Positions 12,061 through 21,966 are shown, counted from the stretch's first letter. The stretch: 64,000 bases of DNA from an uncultured Gammaproteobacteria bacterium (GCA_958295485.1 OY282354.1:2166068-2230067); one strand, 5' to 3'. Notes: generated from the sequence alone by a model not told the origin. Program-made: numbers and translations.

Positions 12061-12294
12061 TCAGGCAGGGTTGTGGGCGCGGCGTTCCCTGACATAATTC
12101 ATCCAGAAGTGATAACGCTGGGCGTAAGGGTCAACAACACGGGCGCGGCAGACCCGTTCTATTTTATCCGACAATGACCGATCTCCGAGGATTGCATGAC
12201 GCAGGTCGGCCCAATCCTGCCAACTACCCCGGGAGATCACGTCGTCGATAGCGGCAAGGGTGAAACGCTGATGATTAAGATGGCGGTGCAGCAT
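12061..12294 (-). CDS. Hypothetical small protein (77 aa)
   Basis: ORF only, with protein-like composition and no motif recognised. Sits alone between lolD and comEC. Confidence 0.35.
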   Translation of the reverse strand: MLHRHLNHQRFTLAAIDDVISRGSWQDWADLRHAILGDRSLSDKIERVCRARVVDPYAQRYHFWMNYVRERRAHNPA

Positions 12295-12435
12295 GGGGCC
12301 AACCCACTTTCACGATTTTCAATGAGCAGACCTTAACCGCTCCGGTAGAGCTTATCAAGTTTTTTCGCTTCCCTGGAACCTTTCCAGACTTGTCCGGCAG
12401 CCTCATTCCGCGGTTAAGGAAAATGGCTGGTTGTA

Positions 12436-13122
12436 TCATGAGCGGTTATGAAGTATCCCCTCGCTCAGTTCGTAAACCTGGTCCAGCCGGTTTGACAAGC
12501 TCATATTGTGCGTGACCATAATCAGGCTGACGCCATAGGTCTTATTCAATTCCATCATGACGGAAAAGACCCTGGCGGCGGTCTGTTCATCCAGGTTCCC
12601 GGTGGGTTCATCCGCCAGGATGCACTGAGGTTTAGTCACCAGGGCGCGGGCTATGGCAGCCCTTTGTCTCTCCCCCCCCGATAATTCTCCCGGCTTATGT
12701 CCCATGCGATCTTGCAAACCTGTTTCCGCAAGAATTTCAGCAGCCGCATCTTGGGCCGTTTTCGGCGCTTCTCCCCTTACCAGCAACGGCAATGCCACGT
12801 TTTCCAGGGCGGTAAATTCAGGCAGCAAATGATGGAATTGGTAGACAAAACCCAACTTCCGGTTGCGTAACCGACCAATCTCAAGCTCGGAAAGCGCTGA
12901 TAAATTACTTCCTGACACGGTGACTTCACCGGAAGTGGGTTTATCAAGACCACCCAACAAGTGCAGCAAGGTACTCTTGCCTGACCCGGATGAACCGACA
13001 ACTCCGATACAACTCCCTTTGTTTACCTCCAGGTCGACCCCCTTTAACACCTCGACGTGCAGGTCGCCTTCACTGAAAGTCTTCTTCAGTCGGGAGCAAG
13101 CCAGGGCAATTGAGTCACTCAT
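12436..13122 (-). CDS. lolD: Lipoprotein-releasing system ATP-binding protein LolD
   Basis: 228 aa. Walker [10 protein letters not shown], signature LSGGERQR, Walker [12 protein letters not shown]. Adjacent to the LolC/E permease genes. Confidence 0.92.
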   Translation of the reverse strand: MSDSIALACSRLKKTFSEGDLHVEVLKGVDLEVNKGSCIGVVGSSGSGKSTLLHLLGGLDKPTSGEVTVSGSNLSALSELEIGRLRNRKLGFVYQFHHLLPEFTALENVALPLLVRGEAPKTAQDAAAEILAETGLQDRMGHKPGELSGGERQRAAIARALVTKPQCILADEPTGNLDEQTAARVFSVMMELNKTYGVSLIMVTHNMSLSNRLDQVYELSEGILHNRS

Positions 13123-13145
13123 GCTGAAACGCCTCCGTCTCTCCT

Positions 13146-13209
13146 CCCCTTGTCAGGGGGGAAAGCAGGCGTAGAGACGCCATTAATGGCGTCCCCCTGA
13201 TAAGGGGGA
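13146..13209. repeat. Three consecutive hairpins/palindromes in the lolE-lolD spacer
   Basis: cccc-ttgtca-gggg (13146..13160). Perfect 18-bp palindrome gacgccattaatggcgtc (13176..13193). tccccc-tgataa-ggggga (13192..13209). Confidence 0.8.
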
Positions 13210-13224
13210 CTCATGAGGTTTTTA

Positions 13225-14493
13225 TTATTCATATCTCAGCGCCTCGGCAGGTTGAATCTGCGCCGCCCGCCAGGCCGGATAGAGCGTCGCCATCACGGTA
13301 AATAAAAAGGCCACCATCGCTGTCACGACCACGTCCCTCCAGTGTAAATCGGAAGGTAGCTCACTGACGTAATATACTTCCGGCGACATGAACTTCACTT
13401 GAAGGAACCTCTCTATCGCAGACACGATGACGTCGATATTGCCGGCCAACCACACCCCGCCCGCCACCCCAAGGGTGATGCCGGCAATGCCTATTACCGC
13501 GCCCTGGATAATGAAAATCTTCATGATGCTGCCCGGGCTTGCGCCCAAAGTGCGCAGCACGGCGATATCGGCCTGTTTATCCGTCACCGCCATCATGAGG
13601 GTCGAGATGATGTTGAAAGTCGCTACGGCAACGATCAAAACCAATATGACGGACATCATTTTTTTTGTCATTTTTACTGACAGGAAATAATTCACGTGTC
13701 TTTGCGTCCAGTCGATGACGCCATAGCGTCCGGGGACAGTCCGCATTGCTTCCCTGCTGGCATGGGGCGCCTGCATCGCGTCAGTGGTTTTCAAACGTAA
13801 ACCGGTAGGACCGCCGGCCCGAAAAAACCTGTCGGCGTCATCCAGGTGAGTAAATACCATGGCGCTGTCAAATTCATACATGTCGGTGTCATAGACACCG
13901 ACAATAGTAAATCGTTTCAACCTGGGAATAATCCCGGCCGGAGTTACATTGGCGGTGGGAGAGACCAGGGTGACTTTGTCCCCCGTATTTGCATTTAACA
14001 GCTCCATCAAATCAGCGCCGATGATAATCCCGAATTGTCCTGCAACCAATGCCTCAAGGTTTCCATTGATCATTTTTTCCGCGATAAAAGACACCTTCGG
14101 CTCCGTTTCAGGCAAGATACCCCTCACGATTACGCCCTTTGCCTTTTCACCGGATGTCACCATGGCTTCTGACTGCAAGTAAGGGGCAACGCCTTTTATT
14201 TCAGGGTGCAACTGTATTTGATCCGCGACGATTTCCCAGTTATTCAATGAGTCGTCGTAGGCAATGACGGTTGCATCGGTCTCCATGCCAATCAGGTGCT
14301 CAGTCAGGCTGCTTTCAAAACCGTTAATCACCGATAATACGGTTGTTAAAACGATCACCCCCACGGAAATACTTAAAATCGAGATAAGCGAGATAAATGA
14401 AATAAAGCGGTTGCGACGCTTTGACATGACGTAACGCAAGCCGATAAAGACTTCATAGGGCTTGCGCATTTTTGTAATGAGATTGTTATTCAT
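13225..14493 (-). CDS. lolE: Lipoprotein-releasing system permease, LolC/LolE family (second paralog)
   Basis: 422 aa, FtsX-type permease. The start may instead be the ATG at 14469 (MRKPYEVFIGLRYV), which parallels the MYNPFEAFIGLRYV start of the paralog. The lolE versus lolC label is positional only. Confidence 0.85.
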   Translation of the reverse strand: MNNNLITKMRKPYEVFIGLRYVMSKRRNRFISFISLISILSISVGVIVLTTVLSVINGFESSLTEHLIGMETDATVIAYDDSLNNWEIVADQIQLHPEIKGVAPYLQSEAMVTSGEKAKGVIVRGILPETEPKVSFIAEKMINGNLEALVAGQFGIIIGADLMELLNANTGDKVTLVSPTANVTPAGIIPRLKRFTIVGVYDTDMYEFDSAMVFTHLDDADRFFRAGGPTGLRLKTTDAMQAPHASREAMRTVPGRYGVIDWTQRHVNYFLSVKMTKKMMSVILVLIVAVATFNIISTLMMAVTDKQADIAVLRTLGASPGSIMKIFIIQGAVIGIAGITLGVAGGVWLAGNIDVIVSAIERFLQVKFMSPEVYYVSELPSDLHWRDVVVTAMVAFLFTVMATLYPAWRAAQIQPAEALRYE

Positions 14494-15742
14494 GCCTGAG
14501 CGCCTCGGCAGGCTGGGTCTGCGCCGCCCGCCAGGCCGGGTAAATTGTCGCCAGCACGGTAAATAAAAAAGCCACTACCGCTGTCAGGGTCACGTCCCGC
14601 CAGTGTAAATCAGAAGGTAGCTCACTGATGTAATACACGTCAGGCGACATCAACTTCGCCTGAAAGAGGCTTTCTGCCGATGACACGATAGCATCGATAT
14701 TGCCGGCCAGCCACACCCCGCCAATTACCCCAAGGGTGGTTCCTGTAATGCCGATCACCATTCCCTGGATAATGAAAATCTTCATGATGCTGTTCGGGCT
14801 TGCGCCCAATGTACGCAGCACGGCGATATCCGCCTGCTTGTCCGTCACTACCATCACCAGGGTCGAGATGATGTTGAACGCCGCGACTGCGATGATTAAC
14901 GTCAAAATAATGAACATCACCATCTTCTCCGTTTTCAATGCCTTGAAAAGATTGACGTGTCTTTGCGTCCAGTCGATGACACCATAGCGTCCGGGGATCG
15001 CCTGCATCGCCTCCCTGCTGAGCCGGGGCGCCTGCATGACGTCACTGGTCTTTAACCTTAACCCGGAAGGTTTGTCTTTTTTAAAGAGCTTTAATGCATC
15101 GTCCAGGTGAACCAGGGCCAAACCGCTATCAAACTCGCGCATGCCCGCTTCGAAAATGCCGACAATCGTGAAGCGTTTTAACCGGGGCAGGATACCGGCA
15201 ATCGTCCCGCCAGAGGTCCCGCCAGCTTGGGGCGCAATCAGCGTAATCATGTCACCGACGGACACTCTCAGGTTCCGCGCTGACTCGGAGCCGATGATCA
15301 TTCCAAATCCACCGGACTTCAGTTCGGTGAACTGACCGGATTGCATCTTCTCCCCTATCAAGGAAACTTTTTTTTCATACTCGGGCAATATGCCCCGCAT
15401 GACAACGCCATGCACTCTTTTTTCACGGACAAGCATCCCTTCAGTCCGAAAATAAGGCGCCGCGCCAACAATCCCATCCTGCCGGCCGAGGGTCGCGGCG
15501 ATTGTTTGCCAATCACTGACGGAATTGTCATTTTCAACGACGGTCGCATGAGACGCCATTCCCAGGATGCGAGAGGTCAACTCTTTTTCAAACCCGTTCA
15601 TAACGGACAAGACCGTGATTAATGCTAATATGCCTATGGCAATACCCAGCATCGATATCAGGGAGATAAATGAAATGAAATGGCTGCGACGTCTGGCTTT
15701 GACGTAACGCAGGCCGATAAACGCTTCAAACGGGTTATACAT
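14486..15742 (-). CDS. lolC: Lipoprotein-releasing system permease, LolC/LolE family (first paralog)
   Basis: 418 aa, FtsX-type permease. The C-terminal ~240 aa are near-identical to the downstream paralog. Confidence 0.88.
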   Translation of the reverse strand: MYNPFEAFIGLRYVKARRRSHFISFISLISMLGIAIGILALITVLSVMNGFEKELTSRILGMASHATVVENDNSVSDWQTIAATLGRQDGIVGAAPYFRTEGMLVREKRVHGVVMRGILPEYEKKVSLIGEKMQSGQFTELKSGGFGMIIGSESARNLRVSVGDMITLIAPQAGGTSGGTIAGILPRLKRFTIVGIFEAGMREFDSGLALVHLDDALKLFKKDKPSGLRLKTSDVMQAPRLSREAMQAIPGRYGVIDWTQRHVNLFKALKTEKMVMFIILTLIIAVAAFNIISTLVMVVTDKQADIAVLRTLGASPNSIMKIFIIQGMVIGITGTTLGVIGGVWLAGNIDAIVSSAESLFQAKLMSPDVYYISELPSDLHWRDVTLTAVVAFLFTVLATIYPAWRAAQTQPAEALRHE

Positions 15743-15784
15743 ATTTCCATTTTATCCAATAATTACAAGTAAATATAACTGACT

Positions 15785-16447
15785 GTGAAAATATTGGCGC
15801 TTGATGCTTCAACCGAGGCCTGCTCTGTCGCATTATTGACAGACGGCGGTATCCATGACAGGCAGGAAATAGCTCCCCGCCGGCATGCTGAATTGATCCT
15901 GTCGATGGTTGACGCCGTTTTAATGGAATCCAATCACAAGTTGAAAGATCTCGATGCGCTCGCTTTTGGCCGGGGACCAGGCGCTTTTACCGGCGTCAGA
16001 ATCGCTGCCGGCGTCATCCAGGGCTTGGCCCTGGGCGCGGATTTACCAGTCATTCCTGTTTCCTCACTGGCGACGCTGGCGCAAGGCGCAGTCGATAAAT
16101 CCACAACCCTGTTTGCCGCGATAGATGCAAGAATGGGAGAAATCTACTGGGCCGTGTATGAATCGGCGGAAGACGGCGTGGCGCGACTCCTGTCGGGGGA
16201 GCAGGTATCAGACCCTGACGCGGTTGACATCGCTACCGATGCGCCGTTCTTCGGCGTGGGTACCGGCTGGGGAACTTACCGGGCCAACCTCGGGAAGCTA
16301 TTCGATAAACAAATCACCGGCATTGCCCCGGAACGCTATCCGCTTGCCAGGGACATGTTGCCCCTGGCCGTGAAGCAATGGAAAAACGGCGACTTCGTCT
16401 CCGCGGAACGAGCGCTGCCTGTTTATCTAAGGGATAAGGTAGTATAA
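15785..16447 (+). CDS. tsaB: tRNA threonylcarbamoyladenosine biosynthesis protein TsaB (YeaZ)
   Basis: 220 aa, GTG start, MKILALDASTEACSVAL...FGRGPGAFTGVRI motif. Confidence 0.9.
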   Translation: MKILALDASTEACSVALLTDGGIHDRQEIAPRRHAELILSMVDAVLMESNHKLKDLDALAFGRGPGAFTGVRIAAGVIQGLALGADLPVIPVSSLATLAQGAVDKSTTLFAAIDARMGEIYWAVYESAEDGVARLLSGEQVSDPDAVDIATDAPFFGVGTGWGTYRANLGKLFDKQITGIAPERYPLARDMLPLAVKQWKNGDFVSAERALPVYLRDKVV

Positions 16448-16531
16448 AACCGAAGTCGCCCTGCGTTTCGGGTTGTTTCAGCGCGTCCTGTTGCATCATG
16501 CCGGTCTCCTCCGGCGCAATCCGCTTGTCGA

Positions 16532-16909
16532 TTACAGGTCTTTAATAAACTCCTGGTAGGCATCCTCGTCCATGAATTGATCCAATTCGTTGGCGTCATC
16601 CGGGAGCAATTTGAAGAGCCAGCCACTGCCGGCGGGATCGAAATTGACTGATTCTGGTTCGTCTTCCAGGGACTCGTTTACGGCAATGACTTCACCCCCG
16701 ATGGCCGCTTTAATCTCACTGGCGGCTTTTACAGACTCGATAATCGCCGCTTCGCTCCCCGCAGTCAGGAGGTCGCCGATATTCGGCAATTCAACATAGA
16801 CGACGTCGCCAAGTTGTTCTTGCGCATACTCGGTGATCCCGATGGTTACCGCTCCATCATCCTCCAGCCGCAACCACTCATGTTCTTCAGTAAATTTAAG
16901 TCTGCTCAT
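16532..16909 (-). CDS. gcvH: Glycine cleavage system H protein (lipoyl carrier)
   Basis: 125 aa. Lipoyl-lysine motif IIESVKAASEI. No gcvT or gcvP adjacent. Confidence 0.92.
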   Translation of the reverse strand: MSRLKFTEEHEWLRLEDDGAVTIGITEYAQEQLGDVVYVELPNIGDLLTAGSEAAIIESVKAASEIKAAIGGEVIAVNESLEDEPESVNFDPAGSGWLFKLLPDDANELDQFMDEDAYQEFIKDL

Positions 16910-17053
16910 TCAAGACGTACTCCCGCTTCAGGGTTTCAGGGATACCCTGAAAATTCTATATTGATGGACCACCTGTAATTCCATACCTGTTTTAGCGTAT
17001 TTTCTTTTGGTATAACCCATGACAACAGGACGATTTCGTACCGGGCCTGTTGC

Positions 17054-17073
17054 CTGAAACTTCAAACTTCACC
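17054..17073. repeat. Heptamer array, inverted orientation (reverse complement ggtgaag tttgaag tttcag)
   Basis: Same family. Lies between gcvH and cpdA. Confidence 0.7.
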
Positions 17074-17079
17074 ATTATC

Positions 17080-17865
17080 TCAACATCCCTGATAATAAAT
17101 ACGGGTTTGAATCTTGCCGTTTTTATTTAATGACAGGGCCCTGTAGGCAGGGGGGCTCGCGTCGAGTTGGAATTCCTCTGACCTTGGCGCGAACTGTATG
17201 CAGGTTGAGGGGGAACCAAGCAACAGGATATTGTTTCTTGTTGCGGTGAATTCCTGGTGGATGTGCCCCCAGATGACGCCTTTTACATTGACATGCCGGT
17301 CCAGGGTCTGGAAAAAGGCTTCACTGTTTTTCAGCCTCATCGCATCCATCCAGGAGCTGTGGATGCTGACCGGGTGATGGTGCAAACATATCAGCGCGTG
17401 CTTGTCCGCCGAGCGTTCCAGGGCCTCGTCAAGACGGGATAATTCGGCTTCGGACAGGTAGCCGCCCTCCTTGCCGGGCTGGTGGGTATTCAGCAATATG
17501 ATCGCCCAGGAACCGCTGGCAAGAAAGTTGGCTGTGCTGATATTGCCGGTATTCAGCAGCCGGCGCATCAGCAGTGGGTCGTCATGATTCCCGGGCAGGC
17601 AAAAGACCGGCGGTTCAAGCCGCGTTAATAATTCCGCCAGTTTTTCATAGCCATCCACAGAGGGAGTATGAACCAAGTCGCCGGTCATCAATACGACGTC
17701 GATATTTTCATGTCGATTTACTGCGGCAATCACAGCCGATAATGTATCGGTCGTATCGACTCCGGCAAATAATTCATTTTTATCGGCTGATATATGAGAA
17801 TCAGTTAGTTGTATAATGCTGATTTCCCCTGAATGCTGATGTTGAAATTCAATATGCTGTAACAT
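17080..17865 (-). CDS. cpdA: 3',5'-cyclic-nucleotide phosphodiesterase CpdA (metallophosphoesterase)
   Basis: Motifs QLTDSH, TGDLV, GNHD, HHHP, GHIH. I chose the ATG at 17865 (MLQHIEF...) by comparison with E. coli CpdA. The ORF extends to 17892. Confidence 0.85.
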   Translation of the reverse strand: MLQHIEFQHQHSGEISIIQLTDSHISADKNELFAGVDTTDTLSAVIAAVNRHENIDVVLMTGDLVHTPSVDGYEKLAELLTRLEPPVFCLPGNHDDPLLMRRLLNTGNISTANFLASGSWAIILLNTHQPGKEGGYLSEAELSRLDEALERSADKHALICLHHHPVSIHSSWMDAMRLKNSEAFFQTLDRHVNVKGVIWGHIHQEFTATRNNILLLGSPSTCIQFAPRSEEFQLDASPPAYRALSLNKNGKIQTRIYYQGC

Positions 17866-17893
17866 GCCGATATTAAACGTCCGGGTAATCACA

Positions 17894-18556
17894 ATGTCCA
17901 GAATTTCCGTAAATTTAACCTCCCAAGTCTATGAATATATCCACTCTGTCACGTTGCGGGAAGATGAAATCATGCAACGCTGTCGGGAAGAAACAGCCGA
18001 ACACAGGTGGGCGGTGATGCAGGTTTCACCTGAACAAGGCCAGTTTATGGCCTTCCTGGTAAAGATGTTGAACGCAAAAAAGATCGTGGAGCTGGGGGTT
18101 TTTACCGGTTATAGCAGCCTGTGCATGGCAAAGGCCTTGCCCGCTGATGGGAAAATTATCGCCTGTGACGTGAACGAAGAATATACGTCCAAGGCAAAAG
18201 AATACTGGCAGGCGGCTGGCGTGGCAGGGAAAATCGAGTTGCGCCTGGCCCCTGCCCTCGACACCTTGGCTGAGCTGGTCGAGTCCGGCGCGTCGAACAG
18301 TTTTGATTTTATTTTCGTCGATGCGGTAAAAGAGGAATATTCGGCCTATTATCCCTTGAACTACCGGTTATTGCGTAGCGGCGGCCTGATGGCCGTAGAT
18401 AACGTGCTCTGGGGCGGTGACGTAGCGAACCCTGAGGACCAGACCGATGAAACCATCGCTATCCGTGAGTTCAACAGCATGGTTCATGCCGATGAGAAAG
18501 TGGACATGTGCATGATCCCCATCGGCGATGGCCTGACTTTAATCAGGAAACGATGA
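17894..18556 (+). CDS. Class I SAM-dependent O-methyltransferase (caffeoyl-CoA OMT-like)
   Basis: 220 aa from the ATG at 17894. Contains VELGVFTGYSSL (SAM motif I) and FDFIFVDA. Confidence 0.85.
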   Translation: MSRISVNLTSQVYEYIHSVTLREDEIMQRCREETAEHRWAVMQVSPEQGQFMAFLVKMLNAKKIVELGVFTGYSSLCMAKALPADGKIIACDVNEEYTSKAKEYWQAAGVAGKIELRLAPALDTLAELVESGASNSFDFIFVDAVKEEYSAYYPLNYRLLRSGGLMAVDNVLWGGDVANPEDQTDETIAIREFNSMVHADEKVDMCMIPIGDGLTLIRKR

Positions 18557-18557
18557 T

Positions 18558-19943
18558 GTGAAACAGCCCAAGACGGTTAAATCCCTCCTGAATGCCGATT
18601 GCCCCATTCAAAACCTGACCTTGTCCGGTTGGGTCAGGACAAAACGGGATGCAAGGGAATTTTCGTTTATCGAGGTGAATGACGGTTCCTGCCTGGCCAA
18701 TATCCAGGTTATCGCCGCGGTCGGCATTGACAATTACGCTACAGTCAGACACATCACGACCGGCGCGGCCGTTACAGTACAGGGGGACTTGATTGAATCA
18801 CCCGGCAAGGGCCAGAAATGGGAAATCCAGGCGGCTTCCATTGAAATCATCGGCGCCGCGCCTGAAGATTATCCCCTGCAAAAGAAACGGCACTCCGATG
18901 AGTTCCTCCGCGCCATTGCGCACTTGCGCCCCCGCACGAACAAGTATGGCGCGGTTTTTCGCATCCGTTCCAGGTTATCCCATGCCATCCATACATTTTT
19001 TCAAACCCGGGGCTTTAACTGGATCCACACACCCATTATCACCGGCGCCGATTGCGAAGGCGCTGGTGAGATGTTCCGGGTCACGACGCTGGATTTGAAT
19101 AATGTGCCTGAGAAAAACGGTTCTGTTGATTTTGAACAGGACTTTTTCGGTAAAGAGGCGAATTTGACCGTTTCGGGACAGCTGTCCCTGGAGACCTGCT
19201 GTTTAAGCCTTGGCAAGGTTTACAGCTTCGGCCCCACGTTCCGCTCGGAAAACTCCAACACTTCCCGGCACGTCGCCGAGTTCTGGATGATAGAACCGGA
19301 AATGGCCTTTGCCGATTTGGATGACAATATGGATCTGGGAGAAGAATTGATTCGCTACCTGGTCAACTTCGCCAGGGATGAATGCGATGACGACCTTCGG
19401 TTATTTGCAAAATTCGTCGATAAATCCCTGCCGGCCACCCTGGATAACATCGCCGACAATGATTTTATCCGTCTTCCGTATACGGAGGCCATCGGGATTT
19501 TGCAGAAATCAGGACAGAACTTCGAATTCAAACCGGAATGGGGCGGGGATTTGCAGTCTGAGCACGAGCGATTTCTGACGGAGCGGCATTTCCGGCAGCC
19601 TGTCATCGTGTTTGATTACCCGAAAGACATCAAGGCCTTCTATATGCGCCAAAACGACGATGGCAGAACCGTCGCCGCCATGGACGTGCTGGTACCCTCA
19701 GTCGGGGAAATCATCGGCGGCAGCCAGCGCGAAGAACGTTATAACCAACTGAAACAGCGGATCGGGGAATTGGGGTTTGATGAAGCTGATTACTGGTGGT
19801 ACCTGGATACGCGTAAATACGGTTCCGTTCCCCATTGCGGTTTTGGATTGGGTTTTGAACGCTTGTTGATGCTGTTGACCGGCGTCAGCAATATCCGCGA
19901 CGTTATTCCTTTTCCACGCACCCCCAATCATCTCGAATTCTGA
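18558..19943 (+). CDS. asnS: Asparagine--tRNA ligase
   Basis: 461 aa, GTG start. Class II motif FGPTFRSENSNTSRHVAEFWMIEPEMAF and a C-terminal GFGLGFERL. Confidence 0.95.
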   Translation: MKQPKTVKSLLNADCPIQNLTLSGWVRTKRDAREFSFIEVNDGSCLANIQVIAAVGIDNYATVRHITTGAAVTVQGDLIESPGKGQKWEIQAASIEIIGAAPEDYPLQKKRHSDEFLRAIAHLRPRTNKYGAVFRIRSRLSHAIHTFFQTRGFNWIHTPIITGADCEGAGEMFRVTTLDLNNVPEKNGSVDFEQDFFGKEANLTVSGQLSLETCCLSLGKVYSFGPTFRSENSNTSRHVAEFWMIEPEMAFADLDDNMDLGEELIRYLVNFARDECDDDLRLFAKFVDKSLPATLDNIADNDFIRLPYTEAIGILQKSGQNFEFKPEWGGDLQSEHERFLTERHFRQPVIVFDYPKDIKAFYMRQNDDGRTVAAMDVLVPSVGEIIGGSQREERYNQLKQRIGELGFDEADYWWYLDTRKYGSVPHCGFGLGFERLLMLLTGVSNIRDVIPFPRTPNHLEF

Positions 19944-19955
19944 TCGACCTTGTTT

Positions 19956-21872
19956 TTATCTTTCGTGTTGGAGAAAAAAATTCTCTACCGCCGTCAACTC
20001 CGTGGTATGTCGCATTTCCGGCAGGCTGTTCAAAAAGACTTTTCCGTAGGACCTGGTTCTTAACCTGGGGTCGCAGACCATCAACACGCCATAATCATTC
20101 TTGTCCCTGAGCAATCGGCCGATGCCCTGTTTCAGGTTGATGACGGCCTCCGGCAGCTGGTATTCCAGGAAGGGGTTTCGGCCCTGCTCCTCCATTTGTT
20201 TCAACCTTGCTCTCAGTACCGGATCATCCGGCGCGGCGAAAGGCAGTTTATCGATGATGACGCAGGATAAGGCCTGTCCCTTGACATCGACGCCTTCCCA
20301 GAAACTGCTGGTGCCCAGTAACACCGCGTGGGCGGTGCGCCTGAACGTTTCCAGCAATTCGGTGCGCGGCGCATCTCCCTGGACCAATATGGGATAATCA
20401 ACTGCATCCTTGATTAGACCGGCCGCCTGGCGTAACGCGCGATGGCTGGTGAACAGGAAAAAGGCGCGCCCCCTGGTCAACTCCAATACCGGGACCGATT
20501 TTTCGACGACGCTCCTGGTAAAATCACGGGTTCCCGGGTCGGGCAAGCCCAGCGGCAAATACAGCAGGGACTGCGTACTGAAATTAAACGGGCTGTCCCA
20601 ACCGTGGGCCTTGACCTCCCCCAGCCCCAGCTGCGATGAGAAATGGTCAAATTGCCGGTTCACGCTCAGGGTTGCCGATGTAAATATGCTCAGGCATTCA
20701 TATTCAGCCATACGCGTTTGAAAGACCTCGGCTATGTCCAACGGCGTCTGGTGCAAGAAAAAACTGTGGCCGCGGATTTCCAGCCATTGAACATATTCAC
20801 CTTCCACCCTTTCATTAAACCGCTCCAGCATTGTCAATGCCGCCGCCATTCGTTTATAACAATTCTCCAGCGACTTGCCCCGGTCGGCAAAGGCATCGAG
20901 AACCCGGCAGATGGCATCGGCCTCACCCAGCAATGCCTTAAGCGCAGAGGAAACAGTTTGATCTTCTTTCAGGTCAGACCAGGCAACGCGCTTATCCTCC
21001 CCGGAAAAACTCAAACGCAGGTCACGCACTGCTTTTTCATAGCGGTCAAGCATACCGGGAAAATCCGGCAGGTCCGCCGCTTCCTCAAAATAAGCCGCCT
21101 TTGCATCGGCAGCCAGTTCCAGTAATTGCCTGCCGCTTAATGTTTCACTGAAAAACCGGGAGGCCAGCTCCGGCAGTTGGTGAGCTTCATCGAACACAAC
21201 CACCTCTGCCGCGGGCAGCAACTCGCCATAGCCGCTTTCCTTCAATACCATATCCGCCAGGAACAAATGGTGATTGACCACGGCGAGGTCCGCCTGGGCG
21301 GCATGGCGGCGTGCGCGAAACACGAAACAATCATCGTAAAAATCACATTCCTGGCCGAGACAGTTATCGGTATTCGAGGTACAGGCCGGCCTGACCGGAG
21401 AATCTTCCGGTATGTGAGACAGCTCGGCCAGGTCGCCGGAATCGGTCTGCTGAGACCAGGCGCGGATGTCAATTAAAAAGCTCTTTGTCTGGTCAGCCAG
21501 GTGGCGTTGGTCGGTTTCCGCCTGTCCCAGGCGGTGCAGGCATAAATAATTGGCTCGCCCCTTCAGTAACGCAACGTTGAGGGACCGGCCGATGGCCTTT
21601 TGCGCCAGTGGCAAATCCCGGGAGAATAGTTGATCCTGTAAATGCCTGGTCCCGGTGGAAATGATCACCTTGTAGCCGGACATGATCGCCGGCACAAGAT
21701 AGGCAAAGGTTTTCCCCGTACCGGTGCCGGCTTCACAGATGAGCGATTCCTGGTTATCTATCGCCGCCTGAATGGTCTCTGCCATCTCGATTTGCTGCGG
21801 CCTGATCGAGTAATCGCGGACCAAGCCCGACAAAGCGCCGCGCTCATCAAGAATATCTGTCGGAGTTTGCAT
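19956..21872 (-). CDS. yoaA: ATP-dependent DNA helicase, DinG family (YoaA-like)
   Basis: 638 aa. EAGTGTGKTFAYL, the Fe-S cluster region CLGQECDFYDDCF, and DEAH (VVFDEAHQL). Collinear with my recollection of E. coli YoaA. Confidence 0.88.
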   Translation of the reverse strand: MQTPTDILDERGALSGLVRDYSIRPQQIEMAETIQAAIDNQESLICEAGTGTGKTFAYLVPAIMSGYKVIISTGTRHLQDQLFSRDLPLAQKAIGRSLNVALLKGRANYLCLHRLGQAETDQRHLADQTKSFLIDIRAWSQQTDSGDLAELSHIPEDSPVRPACTSNTDNCLGQECDFYDDCFVFRARRHAAQADLAVVNHHLFLADMVLKESGYGELLPAAEVVVFDEAHQLPELASRFFSETLSGRQLLELAADAKAAYFEEAADLPDFPGMLDRYEKAVRDLRLSFSGEDKRVAWSDLKEDQTVSSALKALLGEADAICRVLDAFADRGKSLENCYKRMAAALTMLERFNERVEGEYVQWLEIRGHSFFLHQTPLDIAEVFQTRMAEYECLSIFTSATLSVNRQFDHFSSQLGLGEVKAHGWDSPFNFSTQSLLYLPLGLPDPGTRDFTRSVVEKSVPVLELTRGRAFFLFTSHRALRQAAGLIKDAVDYPILVQGDAPRTELLETFRRTAHAVLLGTSSFWEGVDVKGQALSCVIIDKLPFAAPDDPVLRARLKQMEEQGRNPFLEYQLPEAVINLKQGIGRLLRDKNDYGVLMVCDPRLRTRSYGKVFLNSLPEMRHTTELTAVENFFLQHER

Positions 21873-21966
21873 TGGAACAGTATAATGGGATTATGTCCTT
21901 TTAACGCCTCATTCACACCCGTTGAATTCTACCATGAAACCGGTCCGGGATGCGTCCAAACCGGGT

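Noticed and set aside
11745-12095. 116-aa minus-strand ORF spanning the comEC start region and the heptamer array; also the 66-aa ORF at 303..503 (+).
   Set aside because: The first overlaps the comEC N-terminus out of frame and reads through repeat DNA. The second is antisense to rarA. Neither has supporting motifs.
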